Below are positions 25,512 through 35,939 of a DNA stretch of 64,000 nt, one piece after another. This DNA comes from Gammaproteobacteria bacterium (GTDB lineage: Bacteria; Pseudomonadota; Gammaproteobacteria; Steroidobacterales; Woeseiaceae): NCBI GenBank assembly GCA_029865385.1, contig JAOUGX010000004.1, positions 110 to 64,109 of the forward strand, written 5' to 3'. A model generated the notes under the pieces. The model was not told where the DNA came from. It worked only from the letters and a program-made list of their open reading frames with translations, and ran no database searches. The translations under genes and the position numbers were made by a program. Every line of letters starts with the position of its first letter. Position 1 is the first letter of the stretch.

Positions 25512-28500
25512 TTGCCCGCGGTTTTTCGAGTGTCGTCTCATCCCCTCCTCATAGCTTCACCAGACCAGAATGCCGGCCTGCCGGCATCGGTCGGTCGCCT
25601 GATTGCCGCAGCTGCGTCACTGGCCGCGGTGGAATTCGCGCGGCAGCTCGAACGACCGATGATCGTACTGGCCCGGGATCCCCGGCACGCAGATCAGCTG
25701 GAAACGGAGATGCGGTTTTTTGCGGGCGATGCGCTGCCGATCGCACATTTCGTCGAGTGGGAAACGCTGCCGTACGACAACTTTTCGCCACACCAGGACA
25801 TCGTCTCGCGCAGGCTGGCGGCACTCGCCGCACTGCCCGGGATGCGCCGCGGCATCATCGTCGCTTCCGCGCCATGCCTGTTGCAGCGGCTGCCGCCCAC
25901 GGACTACGTTGCCGCCCGCTCGGTACATTTGAGCCACGGCCAGAAGATCGACCGTCAACACTTTGTGGATGTGCTGGTTGCAGCCGGTTACCTGCGTGTC
26001 CCGCAGGTCGAGGAACATGGCGAAATTGCCGTTCGCGGTTCGTTGCTGGACCTGTTTGCGATGGGTGCGGATGAACCGTTGCGCATCGACTTTTTCGACG
26101 ACGAGATCGAAAGCCTTCGACACTTTGATGTCGAGTCGCAGATGTCGGGCGCGGAGATTTCGCAGATCCGCATTCTCCCGGCAAGAGAAGTACCGCTCGA
26201 TGAATCCGACATTCGCGAATTTCGCCGCCGTTACCGCGAAAGATTCGAGGGGCAACCATCACGCTCCCGAGTCTACCGGGAAATATCCGAGGGCATCGCG
26301 CACGGTGGTATCGAGTACTACCTGCCGCTGTTTTTTGACGAGACGTCGACGCTGCTGGACTTTCTCCCGAAGAACGCGATCGCGTTCATCCCGGACGACC
26401 TGGAATCCATCCTGGGCCAGACCTGGCAGGAGATACTTGATCGCTACGAGATCTGCAGCCTCGATCCGGAGCGACCGGTACTTACGCCGGATGAAAGTTT
26501 TGTAGGCACGCGGGCGATCGATTTACGCCTGGCGGAAATGCAGTCAATTCGCTACAGCAGTCAATCCGTTGCAACAATCCCCGGTTCGATGAATCTGCCG
26601 GCGCGCCTGCCGCCAGCGCTGCGGATCGAATCGCGATTCGACGATGCAGCAGGACCGCTGCTGCAGTTCATCGAATCGTTCGACGGGCGAATTCTGTTCA
26701 CCGCCGAATCGCCCGGTCGCCGCGAGGCCATCGTCGACTTACTACAGGGTCGCGGCATTCGCATCGTCCGAATGGATGACTGGCCATCGTTTGTCGCTTC
26801 GGACGAGCGCCTTTGTGTTGCGATTGCTGTCGTCGAAAGCGGCGTACTGCTCGATCGTGCCGGCATCGCCGTCATCAGCGAGCAACAATTGTTCGGCGAC
26901 CGGCCGCGGCAAAAGAGCCGGCGCCGGCGCAGCGACCGCGACCCGGAAACCATCATCCGGCAACTCAACGACCTGCAGGAAGGTTCTCCGGTCGTGCACG
27001 CTGAATATGGCGTCGGCCGTTACCTCGGCCTGGTGACCCTGCAGACCGGGGAGATCGAGGGCGAATTCCTGCATCTCGAGTACGCGGACGGCGACAAACT
27101 GTACGTGCCGGTACACGCGCTGAACCTCATATCCAGGTACACGGGCGCGTCACCGGAAAACGCACCGTTGCACAAGCTGGGAAGTGACCAGTGGGCGAAA
27201 GCGCGACGTCGTGCCATCAGCAAGATCCGCGACGTCGCGGCAGAATTGCTGGATGTCTACGCGCGGCGGGCGGCAAGACCCGGGCATCGCTTCCACTGGC
27301 CGGAAGCCGACTACCGTGCGTTCGAGGACGGTTTTCCGTTCGAACCCACCGAGGACCAGGCTCGCACCATAGAGGAGGTACTGCAGGACCTTGCCAGCGG
27401 CAGCCCAATGGATCGTGTCGTTTGCGGTGACGTAGGTTTCGGCAAGACCGAGGTTGCACTTCGCGCGACTTTTGCTGCAGTCAATGGCGGCAAACAGGTT
27501 GCGATACTGGTGCCGACGACGCTGCTGGCCCAGCAACACGGACAAACTTTTCAGGATCGTTTCGCGGACTGGCCGGTTCGTGTCGAGGTCCTTTCGCGCT
27601 TCCGAACGAAAAAAGAGGCCGACCGTATCGTCGCTGGCCTTCGCAGCGGCGTCGTTGACGTGGTGATCGGCACGCACAGGCTGCTCCAGCATACGAAGGA
27701 CTTTCGTGATGTCGGGCTGGTCATCATTGACGAGGAACACCGCTTCGGCGTTCGGCACAAGGAAGCTATCAAGTCTTTGAGGGCCGAAGTGGACGTGCTG
27801 ACGCTGACCGCTACGCCGATTCCTCGCACCCTCAATATGGCCCTGGGAGGCCTGAGGGAAATGTCCTTGATAACGACACCGCCCGCCGAACGGCTCGCGG
27901 TAAAGACGTTCGTCAGCGAGTGGAACGATGTCATCATTCGCGAAGCCTGCCTTCGCGAAATCCGCCGCGGTGGGCAGGTTTTTTTCGTGCACAATCGAGT
28001 CGAAGACATCGGGCGCATCGAACAGCAGCTGATCAAACTGGTTCCGGAAGCCAATATTCGCATCGGTCATGGCCAGATGCCCGAGCGGGAGCTCGAACAG
28101 GTCATGCTCGATTTCTATCACCGCCGCTTCAATGTGCTGTTGTGTACGACCATTGTAGAAAGCGGCATCGATGTCCCGACCGCAAACACGATCATTATCA
28201 ACCGTGCCGACCGTTTCGGACTGGCGCAGCTGCACCAGTTGCGTGGCCGGGTCGGCCGCTCGCACCATCGCGCTTTCGCGTATCTGCTGGCGCCGCCACG
28301 CGCTGTGATGACCGCTGATGCAATCAAGCGGCTGGAAGCTATCGATTCACTGGAGGATCTCGGGTCCGGTTTCACTTTGGCCACGCATGACCTGGAAATC
28401 CGCGGCGCCGGCGAATTGCTCGGCGATACTCAAAGCGGGCAGATACAGGAAATCGGATTCAGCCTTTACACCGAATTACTCGGGCGCGCCGTGGAATCGC

Positions 28501-29009
28501 TCAAAAGCGGCAAGCAGGCGGATCTCGACAGGCCATTGAACAGCGGCGTGGAAATCAATCTGCACGTGCCGGCGTTGTTGCCGGAAGACTACGTGCCGGA
28601 TGTGCACCTACGGTTGATACTTTACAAGCGAATTGCGAGCGCAAGTAACAAGGACGAATTGCGTGAATTGCAGGTTGAATTAATAGACCGTTTCGGCCTG
28701 CTGCCGCCCGCCGCGAAAAACTTCCTGCGGCTTGCCGAATTGAAGGTACTGGCGAGCGCGCTGGGTATCAGCAAGATCGACGCATCCGATGCCGGCGGTT
28801 ACCTGCTGTTCGAAAAAGACACGGCCGTCGATCCCATGAATGTCGTCAGGCTCGTGCAACAGGGCGGTCACAGGTATCGAATGCAGGGCGCACATCGATT
28901 ACAGTTCCGCCTGGACATGCAAGACGCCGAAAAGCGCTTTACCGCAGTGGAATCGCTTCTTCGAGAACTCGCGGCATCGGAAAACAACGCAAGGGCAGCA
29001 GCAGGTTGA
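25512..29009 (+). CDS. mfd: Transcription-repair coupling factor
   Basis: 1165 aa with DEAD/helicase motifs (GDVGFGKTEVA, DEEHRFG), a CarD-like region and a TRG motif. Start is uncertain (TTG 25512 or a nearby GTG). Confidence 0.95.
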   Translation: MPAVFRVSSHPLLIASPDQNAGLPASVGRLIAAAASLAAVEFARQLERPMIVLARDPRHADQLETEMRFFAGDALPIAHFVEWETLPYDNFSPHQDIVSRRLAALAALPGMRRGIIVASAPCLLQRLPPTDYVAARSVHLSHGQKIDRQHFVDVLVAAGYLRVPQVEEHGEIAVRGSLLDLFAMGADEPLRIDFFDDEIESLRHFDVESQMSGAEISQIRILPAREVPLDESDIREFRRRYRERFEGQPSRSRVYREISEGIAHGGIEYYLPLFFDETSTLLDFLPKNAIAFIPDDLESILGQTWQEILDRYEICSLDPERPVLTPDESFVGTRAIDLRLAEMQSIRYSSQSVATIPGSMNLPARLPPALRIESRFDDAAGPLLQFIESFDGRILFTAESPGRREAIVDLLQGRGIRIVRMDDWPSFVASDERLCVAIAVVESGVLLDRAGIAVISEQQLFGDRPRQKSRRRRSDRDPETIIRQLNDLQEGSPVVHAEYGVGRYLGLVTLQTGEIEGEFLHLEYADGDKLYVPVHALNLISRYTGASPENAPLHKLGSDQWAKARRRAISKIRDVAAELLDVYARRAARPGHRFHWPEADYRAFEDGFPFEPTEDQARTIEEVLQDLASGSPMDRVVCGDVGFGKTEVALRATFAAVNGGKQVAILVPTTLLAQQHGQTFQDRFADWPVRVEVLSRFRTKKEADRIVAGLRSGVVDVVIGTHRLLQHTKDFRDVGLVIIDEEHRFGVRHKEAIKSLRAEVDVLTLTATPIPRTLNMALGGLREMSLITTPPAERLAVKTFVSEWNDVIIREACLREIRRGGQVFFVHNRVEDIGRIEQQLIKLVPEANIRIGHGQMPERELEQVMLDFYHRRFNVLLCTTIVESGIDVPTANTIIINRADRFGLAQLHQLRGRVGRSHHRAFAYLLAPPRAVMTADAIKRLEAIDSLEDLGSGFTLATHDLEIRGAGELLGDTQSGQIQEIGFSLYTELLGRAVESLKSGKQADLDRPLNSGVEINLHVPALLPEDYVPDVHLRLILYKRIASASNKDELRELQVELIDRFGLLPPAAKNFLRLAELKVLASALGISKIDASDAGGYLLFEKDTAVDPMNVVRLVQQGGHRYRMQGAHRLQFRLDMQDAEKRFTAVESLLRELAASENNARAAAG

Positions 29010-29014
29010 CAGCT

Positions 29015-29860
29015 ATGCAGAAAACTTGGATTCGCAATTATGGCGTACTGCTATTTTGCGCGGCGGTGGTCAGCACGCCAGGTTTCGCGCGGGCCCAGGC
29101 AATCGCGCCGCTCGAGCCGGTGGAAGAGACCGAGGAACTGCGACGCTATACGGTCGAAATGATCATCTTCGAGTACGCCGGAAATACGAATGACAGCAAT
29201 GAGATGTTCATTGCCGAGCCGGTCGATGTTCCAACCCTTGATGAGTCCGACGACGGCCCGATCTACACGGACATCCCGCAGTTGCCGCCACGCGCCGGGG
29301 ATGCGGCCAAAATGTCAATCGAGGAGATTCCGTCGCTCCGACAGGTGGAAATGTCCCTGCTCGAACCCGGCAAGTACACGATGTCGGACATTTATAAGAA
29401 GCTGGAAAAGCTCGATGCCTACAATCCGGTCATGCACACGGCATGGACCCAGACCGCTGTCGCCAGAGAGCTGTCACCGCCGGTGCGACTGCGACGCCTC
29501 GGCGATGCGCCGCTCCGGCTCGATGGCGAGTTGACGCTGTACGTCAGCCGCTTCCTTCACCTCGTTGTCGACCTGCAGCTGGATGCGGAAGAGCCCGGCT
29601 ATCTTCCGTCCGACGAAGCCGGAATCCGGCCGCCGGCGAAACCGTTTGGCGAATCTGCCTACGCGGAATCGGAAAAACCGGATCTGCGACCAACGAGGCT
29701 TCATTACCGGATTTCGGAGGACCGCATTTTCCGCAACGGCGACCTTCGTTATTTCGATCACCCTAAATTCGGTGTACTAGTCAAAGTCACCCGCTACGAT
29801 CCCGCGACGGATGAACGCGATGCTGCCGGATCGATGCCGGGCGGTATCGAGGCGCCCTGA
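29015..29860 (+). CDS. CsiV-like periplasmic protein (DUF2803 family)
   Basis: ATG 29015 gives signal peptide MQKTWIRNYGVLLFCAAVVSTPGFARA. Position immediately after mfd; the family call is from memory. Confidence 0.55.
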   Translation: MQKTWIRNYGVLLFCAAVVSTPGFARAQAIAPLEPVEETEELRRYTVEMIIFEYAGNTNDSNEMFIAEPVDVPTLDESDDGPIYTDIPQLPPRAGDAAKMSIEEIPSLRQVEMSLLEPGKYTMSDIYKKLEKLDAYNPVMHTAWTQTAVARELSPPVRLRRLGDAPLRLDGELTLYVSRFLHLVVDLQLDAEEPGYLPSDEAGIRPPAKPFGESAYAESEKPDLRPTRLHYRISEDRIFRNGDLRYFDHPKFGVLVKVTRYDPATDERDAAGSMPGGIEAP

Positions 29861-29895
29861 AGCGATATAGCTGCAAAACCTCGGGCGAAACCGAT

Positions 29896-30777
29896 CTAGT
29901 CCTTGCTTTCGAGAACGCTCTGCAGGAATGCAGCGGCCCTGGACTCGCTACCCTCGGCTGCCGTAACGGCGAGCTGATAGGTGACCGTCACGAAACGCGC
30001 CTTGCTCGATCGCGGGTGGTGCAGGCCTAATTCCCTGACCGCGGACGCAATTTTTTCGGCAAACTCCGCGACGCCGGATTCCGACGCGGCATGCGCCAGC
30101 ACCAGCAAGGTCGACTCGTCCACGCGTGCGGCAACATCGCTTGCCCGACGCAGGCAGCGCCGGACAGCCTGTGCGACACGCCGCAGACAGGAGTCGGTGG
30201 CATGACGCCCGAAAACTTCGAGATAGGCGGCAAAGTCATCGAGTTGGAAGGCGACCAGCGCCAGTGACGAGCGCTCACGTGTGGCAACCGCCCAGTCATG
30301 TGCAAGCACCTCACGGAAAGCTGCTTCATTCAGCAGGCCGGTAACCGGATCGTCACGTGACAGGTCGCGAATGCGCCGTTTCGCTTTCACCAGTTCCTGG
30401 TGAATCTCGCCATCGGTGCCGGAGCTGCTCGCGGCGCTGCGCCAGTAAACGGCATAGTAGCTGTTTCCCGACTCTGCACTCTGTCTGACAGATCGCAATA
30501 CCATCAGGTATTCGCGACCGGACAGTTCCACCGCAAGGCTGGTTTCCTGCCCCGCGCGAATCGTCTCGCTTATTTCCAACGCCAGGTCGCGTCCGATCAT
30601 TTTTTCCACGACGTCGGCGAGCGGTTCTTGCAACGTCGATTCCGACCTGGCGAGCGCATTGAAAGCGGGGTTGCTCAATACGATCGGCCAGTCGGCGCTG
30701 TCGATCCGTGCCACCAGCATTGGCTCGGCGGAACCGCCGATCACCTGCTGCAGCACTTTGCGATCCAGATCTTTCAT
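29896..30777 (-). CDS. PAS-like + degenerate GGDEF domain protein (GGDEF replaced, RxxD I-site retained)
   Basis: DPVTGLLNEAAFREVL...ALVAFQLDDF...RRASDVAARVDESTLLVL. The GG(D/E)EF position reads DESTL, while RASD occupies the I-site position. Confidence 0.75.
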   Translation of the reverse strand: MKDLDRKVLQQVIGGSAEPMLVARIDSADWPIVLSNPAFNALARSESTLQEPLADVVEKMIGRDLALEISETIRAGQETSLAVELSGREYLMVLRSVRQSAESGNSYYAVYWRSAASSSGTDGEIHQELVKAKRRIRDLSRDDPVTGLLNEAAFREVLAHDWAVATRERSSLALVAFQLDDFAAYLEVFGRHATDSCLRRVAQAVRRCLRRASDVAARVDESTLLVLAHAASESGVAEFAEKIASAVRELGLHHPRSSKARFVTVTYQLAVTAAEGSESRAAAFLQSVLESKD

Positions 30778-31527
30778 CTACACCCTATGAAAAAATTCCC
30801 GGAGCAGTTTCATCGATAACATCCTGGCGGTCGCCGTGTAAGCATGCAGATCCTCGTGGATCGATGCCTGGCCACGCCCCGCGCCATAGTTAACGATCAG
30901 CGACAGGCACGCGTAGCGCATGCCCATTTCCATCGCCAGAGCCGCCTCGGGCATCGCCGTCATGCCGACGAAATCCGCTCCGTCCCGTGCCAGACGGTCG
31001 ACCTCGGCAGCCGTTTCCAGCCGTGGCCCCTGGGTCACTGCATAGGTGCCGCCATCGTGACAGGCGACACCGGCCGCGTCCGCCGCCGTCAGAAGCTTCC
31101 GCCGCAATTCCGCGCAAAACGGCTCGGTGAAATCGATGTGCTGCAAATTATCGGCATTGCCGTCATGAATACTGTGATCCCGTCCCCAGGTATAGTCGAT
31201 GAGCTGATCGGGCACGGCCAACTGACCCGGTTCCAGCGACTCGTTGATCACCCCAACAGTGTTGACGGCAACGACGCAGTTGACTCCCAATGACTCCAGG
31301 GCCGCTAGGTTAGCGCGGTAGTTGACGCGGTGAGCCGGAATCTGCAGGTTCTCGCCGTGCCGTGCGATCAGGTAGACACAGTGCCTGCCGTATTCCAGCT
31401 CGCGAACCGGGCTGGAGGGTGAGCCGTATCGGGTATCGACTTGCTGCGACGCCGAGTCGGTGGCGAAATCGCGGAACCCGCTGCCGGCAATCAGGGCGTA
31501 ACGGGGCGACGCGCCGGATGACGTCAC
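30778..31527 (-). CDS. S-methyl-5'-thioadenosine/5'-methylthioinosine phosphorylase (PNP family)
   Basis: YALIAGSGF N-terminus and MTAP-like core. GTG 31527 overlaps the nagZ stop (GTGA). Its stop TAG abuts the ATG of the GGDEF gene. Confidence 0.85.
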   Translation of the reverse strand: MTSSGASPRYALIAGSGFRDFATDSASQQVDTRYGSPSSPVRELEYGRHCVYLIARHGENLQIPAHRVNYRANLAALESLGVNCVVAVNTVGVINESLEPGQLAVPDQLIDYTWGRDHSIHDGNADNLQHIDFTEPFCAELRRKLLTAADAAGVACHDGGTYAVTQGPRLETAAEVDRLARDGADFVGMTAMPEAALAMEMGMRYACLSLIVNYGAGRGQASIHEDLHAYTATARMLSMKLLREFFHRV

Positions 31528-32570
31528 GCGTTCAGTTCCAGTGGCGGTCGCTCGAGCCAGCGGCCAAAAGTGGTTACTGCCGCCTGCCACTGCTCACTGG
31601 CCTGCAGGGTCTCGCGCAGCACGGATCCGGTACCGTGCAGGCGCGCCAGCCGAACCAGCGACAAGGGATTCGAGTACTCGGCAAGTGCGGCAACCGTCGC
31701 GGTGGCCGCCGGCCGATCGTTGCATACCAGGACCATGTCACAACCGGCATCGAGCGCAAGTCTGGCCCGCTTGGGCATCGAGCCGAAACTGGCGGTCGCT
31801 TTCATGCTGAGATCGTCACAGAACACCGCGCCGTCGAATCCGAGCTGAGCGCGCAGCTGATGCCGGATCCATTGCGTTGAAAACCCTGCCGGCAGACTGT
31901 CCACTTCCGGATACACGACATGTGCCAGCATGACGGCCGCAATTCGCCGGTTGGCGATCAAGCGTTCGTAGGGACGCATGTCATCGAGGATTTCGCCGTA
32001 CTCCCGACGGTCCACCGGCAGCTTCTCGTGTGAATCCGCCAATACCGCCCCATGGCCCGGAAAATGCTTGGCGACTGCCGCCATGCCGGCGGAGCGCAAT
32101 CCACCGCAAAACGCGGCAGCGAGGCTGGCCACGATTTCCGGGTCCGGGTGAAATGCCCGATCGCCGATAACTGCACTGACTCCACGATCGAGGTCTACGC
32201 AGGGCGCGAAGCAGAGGTCGATTCCGGCGACGCGTAGCTCGGACGCGATCAACCATCCGGCCATGCGCGCACAGTCCAGCGCTTGGTCCGGATCGCGGTC
32301 GTATTCGACGCCCAGTCTGCGCATCGGCGGAATCGCGCTGAATCCTTCCCGAAAACGTTGCACGCGTCCGCCCTCATGGTCGACAGCGACCAGCACCGGG
32401 GGACTGCGCAGTGCGCGGATCGAAGATACGAGGTCGGCAATCTGTTCGGGCGATTCGTAGTTGCGACTGAACAGGATGACGCCGCCAACTGCCGGCTCGC
32501 GCAACAGCTGGCGGTCGGCCGGGCTCAATTCGAGCCCCTCTATATCCAGCATGACCGGTCCGAGCGCCAT
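31524..32570 (-). CDS. nagZ: Beta-N-acetylhexosaminidase
   Basis: MALGPVMLDIEGLELS..., GH3 motifs (VAVDHEGGRVQRF, KHFPGHG). Track start 32621 trimmed. Confidence 0.92.
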   Translation of the reverse strand: MALGPVMLDIEGLELSPADRQLLREPAVGGVILFSRNYESPEQIADLVSSIRALRSPPVLVAVDHEGGRVQRFREGFSAIPPMRRLGVEYDRDPDQALDCARMAGWLIASELRVAGIDLCFAPCVDLDRGVSAVIGDRAFHPDPEIVASLAAAFCGGLRSAGMAAVAKHFPGHGAVLADSHEKLPVDRREYGEILDDMRPYERLIANRRIAAVMLAHVVYPEVDSLPAGFSTQWIRHQLRAQLGFDGAVFCDDLSMKATASFGSMPKRARLALDAGCDMVLVCNDRPAATATVAALAEYSNPLSLVRLARLHGTGSVLRETLQASEQWQAAVTTFGRWLERPPLELNA

Positions 32571-32674
32571 AGGTAAGGTCCTGACATCGCCATTATCACG
32601 GCCGGTTCGCCTGCCCGGCAACGCCGCCCTTAATGACTCTGACTTTAGGTTTGTATTTTAACTTATTGTTTATA

Positions 32675-34000
32675 TTATACTTTTGAAAACACCGCAATGG
32701 ATTCCACGTGTGCAGTGTGTGGAAACATGTCGATTATGCCAGCCGCTTCCAGCCGGTACCCGCGCCGGTATACGAGCTCTTCGGTATCCCTGGCCAGCGT
32801 GCCGGGATGGCAGGACACGTAAACGATTCTCGCTGGCGCAATGCGTTCGACGTGCTGCAGCAATTCGATCGCTCCACTGCGCGCCGGATCCAGCAGCATC
32901 TTGTCCCACGTCCTCGCCATCCAGGCTTCACCGCCATTAACGGCCGACAGGTCGCCGACCGAAAACCGGCAGTTGTCGATGCCATTACGCCGCGCATTTT
33001 GCTGCGCCCTGCTTACTTGCTGTTGCTCGCCCTCGATACCCAGCACCTGTGACGCATGCCGGGCAAGTGGCAGCGAGAAATTACCGATACCGCAATACAG
33101 GTCGAGAATATCGTCGCTCGATCTCGGTTGCAGAAGTTCGATGGCCTTGCCGACCATGAGTCTGTTGACCGTAGCGTTGATCTGCACGAAATCAGTCGCC
33201 GCAAATTCCATCTGCAGCCTCGATTCGGGGATGTCGTAAGTCAGGCTTTCCGGCGGCGATTGATGCAATGACACGACGGAATCCGGTCCGCCGGGCTGCA
33301 GCGCAATCTGCAGGCCGTGCTGTTCCGCAAAATCGATAAGCACGGCACGATCTGCATCGCTCGGCGCATCCAGCACCCGAAAAACCAGCTCCGTGCAATT
33401 GTCGGCGACAGCCACCTCGATCTGCGGCAGCCGGCTGCGAATGCCGAGTTTCGAAATCATCTCACTCAGCGGATCGATCAGTGCATCCACCGGCGCTGCC
33501 AGAATTTCGCAGCGGTGCATATTGGTGATGTAGGGAGCATGACGCTCACGGAATCCGACCAGCACCCGACCCTTGGCCGGAACGTCCTTGACGGCCAGCC
33601 GGGCACGCCGCCTGTAGCGCCAGCCACCGTCGTCGGAAGCGTCGAACAGCGGTGGCAGCCAGGTATCCGGTTCCGCCCGGCCGATTCGCTGCATGTTGTC
33701 GCGCAGCGATCGTTCCTTGATAGCGCGTTGTTCGTGCGCCGAAACATGCTGCAGCGAGCAACCACCGCAAACGCCGTACACGGCGCAGCGCGGTTCGATT
33801 CTTGAAGGCGATGGCTCCAGCACTTCAACGAGTTCCGCCTCGTCATAGTTTCGCCGCCGTTTGCGCCGATTGAATCGGACCACCTCGCCCGGCAATGCAC
33901 CGGCGACGAATACTTTCTTGCCGGTTACCGCGGCGATTCCGCGGCCATCGTGGGTAACGGCATCGATGCGTGCCGTCTCCGGTTCACGTTTTTTTGCCAT
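32675..34000 (-). CDS. rlmD: 23S rRNA (uracil1939-C5)-methyltransferase
   Basis: TRAM N-terminus, Fe-S Cys cluster (CAVYGVCGGCSLQH), SAM motif LDLYCGIGNFSLPLA. Confidence 0.9.
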   Translation of the reverse strand: MAKKREPETARIDAVTHDGRGIAAVTGKKVFVAGALPGEVVRFNRRKRRRNYDEAELVEVLEPSPSRIEPRCAVYGVCGGCSLQHVSAHEQRAIKERSLRDNMQRIGRAEPDTWLPPLFDASDDGGWRYRRRARLAVKDVPAKGRVLVGFRERHAPYITNMHRCEILAAPVDALIDPLSEMISKLGIRSRLPQIEVAVADNCTELVFRVLDAPSDADRAVLIDFAEQHGLQIALQPGGPDSVVSLHQSPPESLTYDIPESRLQMEFAATDFVQINATVNRLMVGKAIELLQPRSSDDILDLYCGIGNFSLPLARHASQVLGIEGEQQQVSRAQQNARRNGIDNCRFSVGDLSAVNGGEAWMARTWDKMLLDPARSGAIELLQHVERIAPARIVYVSCHPGTLARDTEELVYRRGYRLEAAGIIDMFPHTAHVESIAVFSKV

Positions 34001-34011
34001 TCTCTTGTGTT

Positions 34012-34785
34012 TCAGCCAGATGACCAGGCGGCGAGAAATTCATCGAGATGCGGACGCTTCATGCCCTGCAGGGTCGTTCGAACCAGCTCGAACTCGCGTG
34101 CCAGGTCCTTGTCGTCCAGGCGGCCACGCATGTGTTCGAAGCGCAGAAAAATCAGGTAGGTGTTGAGCACGTCGGTTTCGCAGTAGTTGCGGATGTCCTC
34201 AATCCCACCCCGCAACCAGGCCCCCCAGACCTTGTCACCGCTCATGCCGAGTTTGCCCGGAAATCCTAGCAGCACGGCCATCTGTTCGAGGCTCGCCCGT
34301 CCGCGTGGCTGGAAACCGGACATGACATCCATCAGGTCCACGTGCCTCCAGTGAAACCTGCTCAGGTAGTTGTTGTATCGGTAGTCGCGATCGTGGTCGC
34401 CGATTTCCCAGTAGCGAGGGGCCTGAACACCGTGACGCAAGGCACGGTATTGGAGAACCGGCAGATCGAAGCCGCTGCCATTCCAGCTGACCAGGTCGGG
34501 CGCATAGCGCTCCACGCCATCGAAGAATCGCCTCACCAGGTCGGCCTCGTCGGAATCGGCATCGCCCAGGCTCCAGACACGGAAGCTGTCTGCTGTCCGC
34601 AAGCCGACGGAAATCGCTACGACACGTTGCTGGTGGGGCGGCAGAAAGTCGCTGCCGGTTTCCTGCAAACGTTTGAAGCCCATCGCAGTCCCGACGTCTT
34701 CGTCCGAAAGATCGTCGAGCCCCCACATGCGGCGGCCGAATTCGACGTCGGGGACAGTTTCTATATCAAATGAAAAACAATGCAT
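34012..34785 (-). CDS. Predicted 3'-5' exonuclease, RNase H-fold (PolB-exonuclease-like)
   Basis: MHCFSFDIETVPD (ExoI-type DxE), SWNGSGFDLPVL, CETDVLNTY. Confidence 0.7.
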   Translation of the reverse strand: MHCFSFDIETVPDVEFGRRMWGLDDLSDEDVGTAMGFKRLQETGSDFLPPHQQRVVAISVGLRTADSFRVWSLGDADSDEADLVRRFFDGVERYAPDLVSWNGSGFDLPVLQYRALRHGVQAPRYWEIGDHDRDYRYNNYLSRFHWRHVDLMDVMSGFQPRGRASLEQMAVLLGFPGKLGMSGDKVWGAWLRGGIEDIRNYCETDVLNTYLIFLRFEHMRGRLDDKDLAREFELVRTTLQGMKRPHLDEFLAAWSSG

Positions 34786-34810
34786 TACGATACTTTATTA
34801 ACTTAATTAC

Positions 34811-35191
34811 TCACGCATTCATGACGACTGCGAAAGCCAGAATCAGCCCCGCGTCGTCGGACAGGCTGACATGCCCGGCACCAATTCCAAGCTCCCGGCA
34901 GACGCCCTTTCCCCGCTCGGACCAGATGATCAGCGGCCGCCCCCAGGAATTGTTCACGACGCCTACGTCGCGAATCCACACGCCGTGCGCAAAACCGGTG
35001 CCCATCGCCTTGACCGTTGCTTCCTTGGCGGCGAAGCGCATCGCGAGAAATCGCACCGGCCATCTGCTGCGTTCGAACAGGGGCCTCTCCTCGTCCATTA
35101 GCAATCGCTCGACGAAGTGATCTCCGAAGCGATCATAGGTGTGTTGAATGCGCGCAAGTTCAACGATGTCGGTGCCTACGCCGAAAATCAT
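34811..35191 (-). CDS. acpS: Holo-[acyl-carrier-protein] synthase
   Basis: MIFGVGTDIVELARI; 126 aa; follows pdxJ. Confidence 0.93.
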   Translation of the reverse strand: MIFGVGTDIVELARIQHTYDRFGDHFVERLLMDEERPLFERSRWPVRFLAMRFAAKEATVKAMGTGFAHGVWIRDVGVVNNSWGRPLIIWSERGKGVCRELGIGAGHVSLSDDAGLILAFAVVMNA

Positions 35192-35195
35192 CGGA

Positions 35196-35939
35196 TCAAT
35201 TTCCGTTGCGGGCAGCGGACATCAGCCGCTTCATTTCGCGCACGGCCTGATCGAGTCCGTCAAAAACGGCACGGGCAATGATTGCATGACCGATATTCAG
35301 CTCCCGGATACCGGCTATCGCAGCGATGGGCTGGACGTTGTCGTAATTCAGGCCGTGACCGGCGTGCACAATGAGACCGATTTTGCGGCCGTAGTCGACC
35401 GCGTCGCGAACGCGCTGCAGCTCGCGATTCCGCTGCGCACCGCTGGCCCCGGCATAGGCGCCCGTGTGCAGTTCAACCACTGCGGCGCCGCAAGCAAGCG
35501 CTGCATCCAGTTGTCGCGGTTCCGGATCGACAAACAATGAGACCCGAATACCCGCATCCTGCAGTCTCGAGCAGGCAGCCTTAACCGCGTCAGGATCAGC
35601 CAACACGTCCAGTCCGCCTTCGGTGGTAATTTCCTTGCGTTTCTCCGGCACCAGGCAGCAGTCTCTCGGCCGGACCCTCAGCGCTATGCCGAGCATCTCG
35701 TCGGTCACTGCCATCTCGAGGTTCATGTGCGTCGTCATGATGCCGATGATGGCATCGAGGTCGTGGTCCTGGATATGACGGCGATCTTCGCGCAGGTGTA
35801 CGGTGATGCTGTCCGCACCGGCCAGCTCCGCAGCCTGCGCAGCCTTGGCCGGTTCCGGGTAGACGGTTCCTCGCGCCTGGCGGACGGTCGCCACGTGGTC
35901 GATGTTCACACCCAGATGCAATGCGTTGCTGTCGTTCAA
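35196..35939 (-). CDS. pdxJ: Pyridoxine 5'-phosphate synthase
   Basis: [25 protein letters not shown]; 247 aa. Confidence 0.95.
   Translation of the reverse strand: MNDSNALHLGVNIDHVATVRQARGTVYPEPAKAAQAAELAGADSITVHLREDRRHIQDHDLDAIIGIMTTHMNLEMAVTDEMLGIALRVRPRDCCLVPEKRKEITTEGGLDVLADPDAVKAACSRLQDAGIRVSLFVDPEPRQLDAALACGAAVVELHTGAYAGASGAQRNRELQRVRDAVDYGRKIGLIVHAGHGLNYDNVQPIAAIAGIRELNIGHAIIARAVFDGLDQAVREMKRLMSAARNGN

Noticed and set aside
27150-28268. 372-aa minus-strand ORF inside mfd
   Set aside because: It is antisense to the mfd helicase core, so it is a shadow ORF.
32621-32700. AT-rich patch with a perfect TATAAT (minus strand, about 32674-32679) upstream of nagZ
   Set aside because: It is plausibly the nagZ promoter -10 element, but there is no acceptable -35 at 16-18 nt and it overlaps the rlmD stop codon. 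The evidence is too weak to call a feature.
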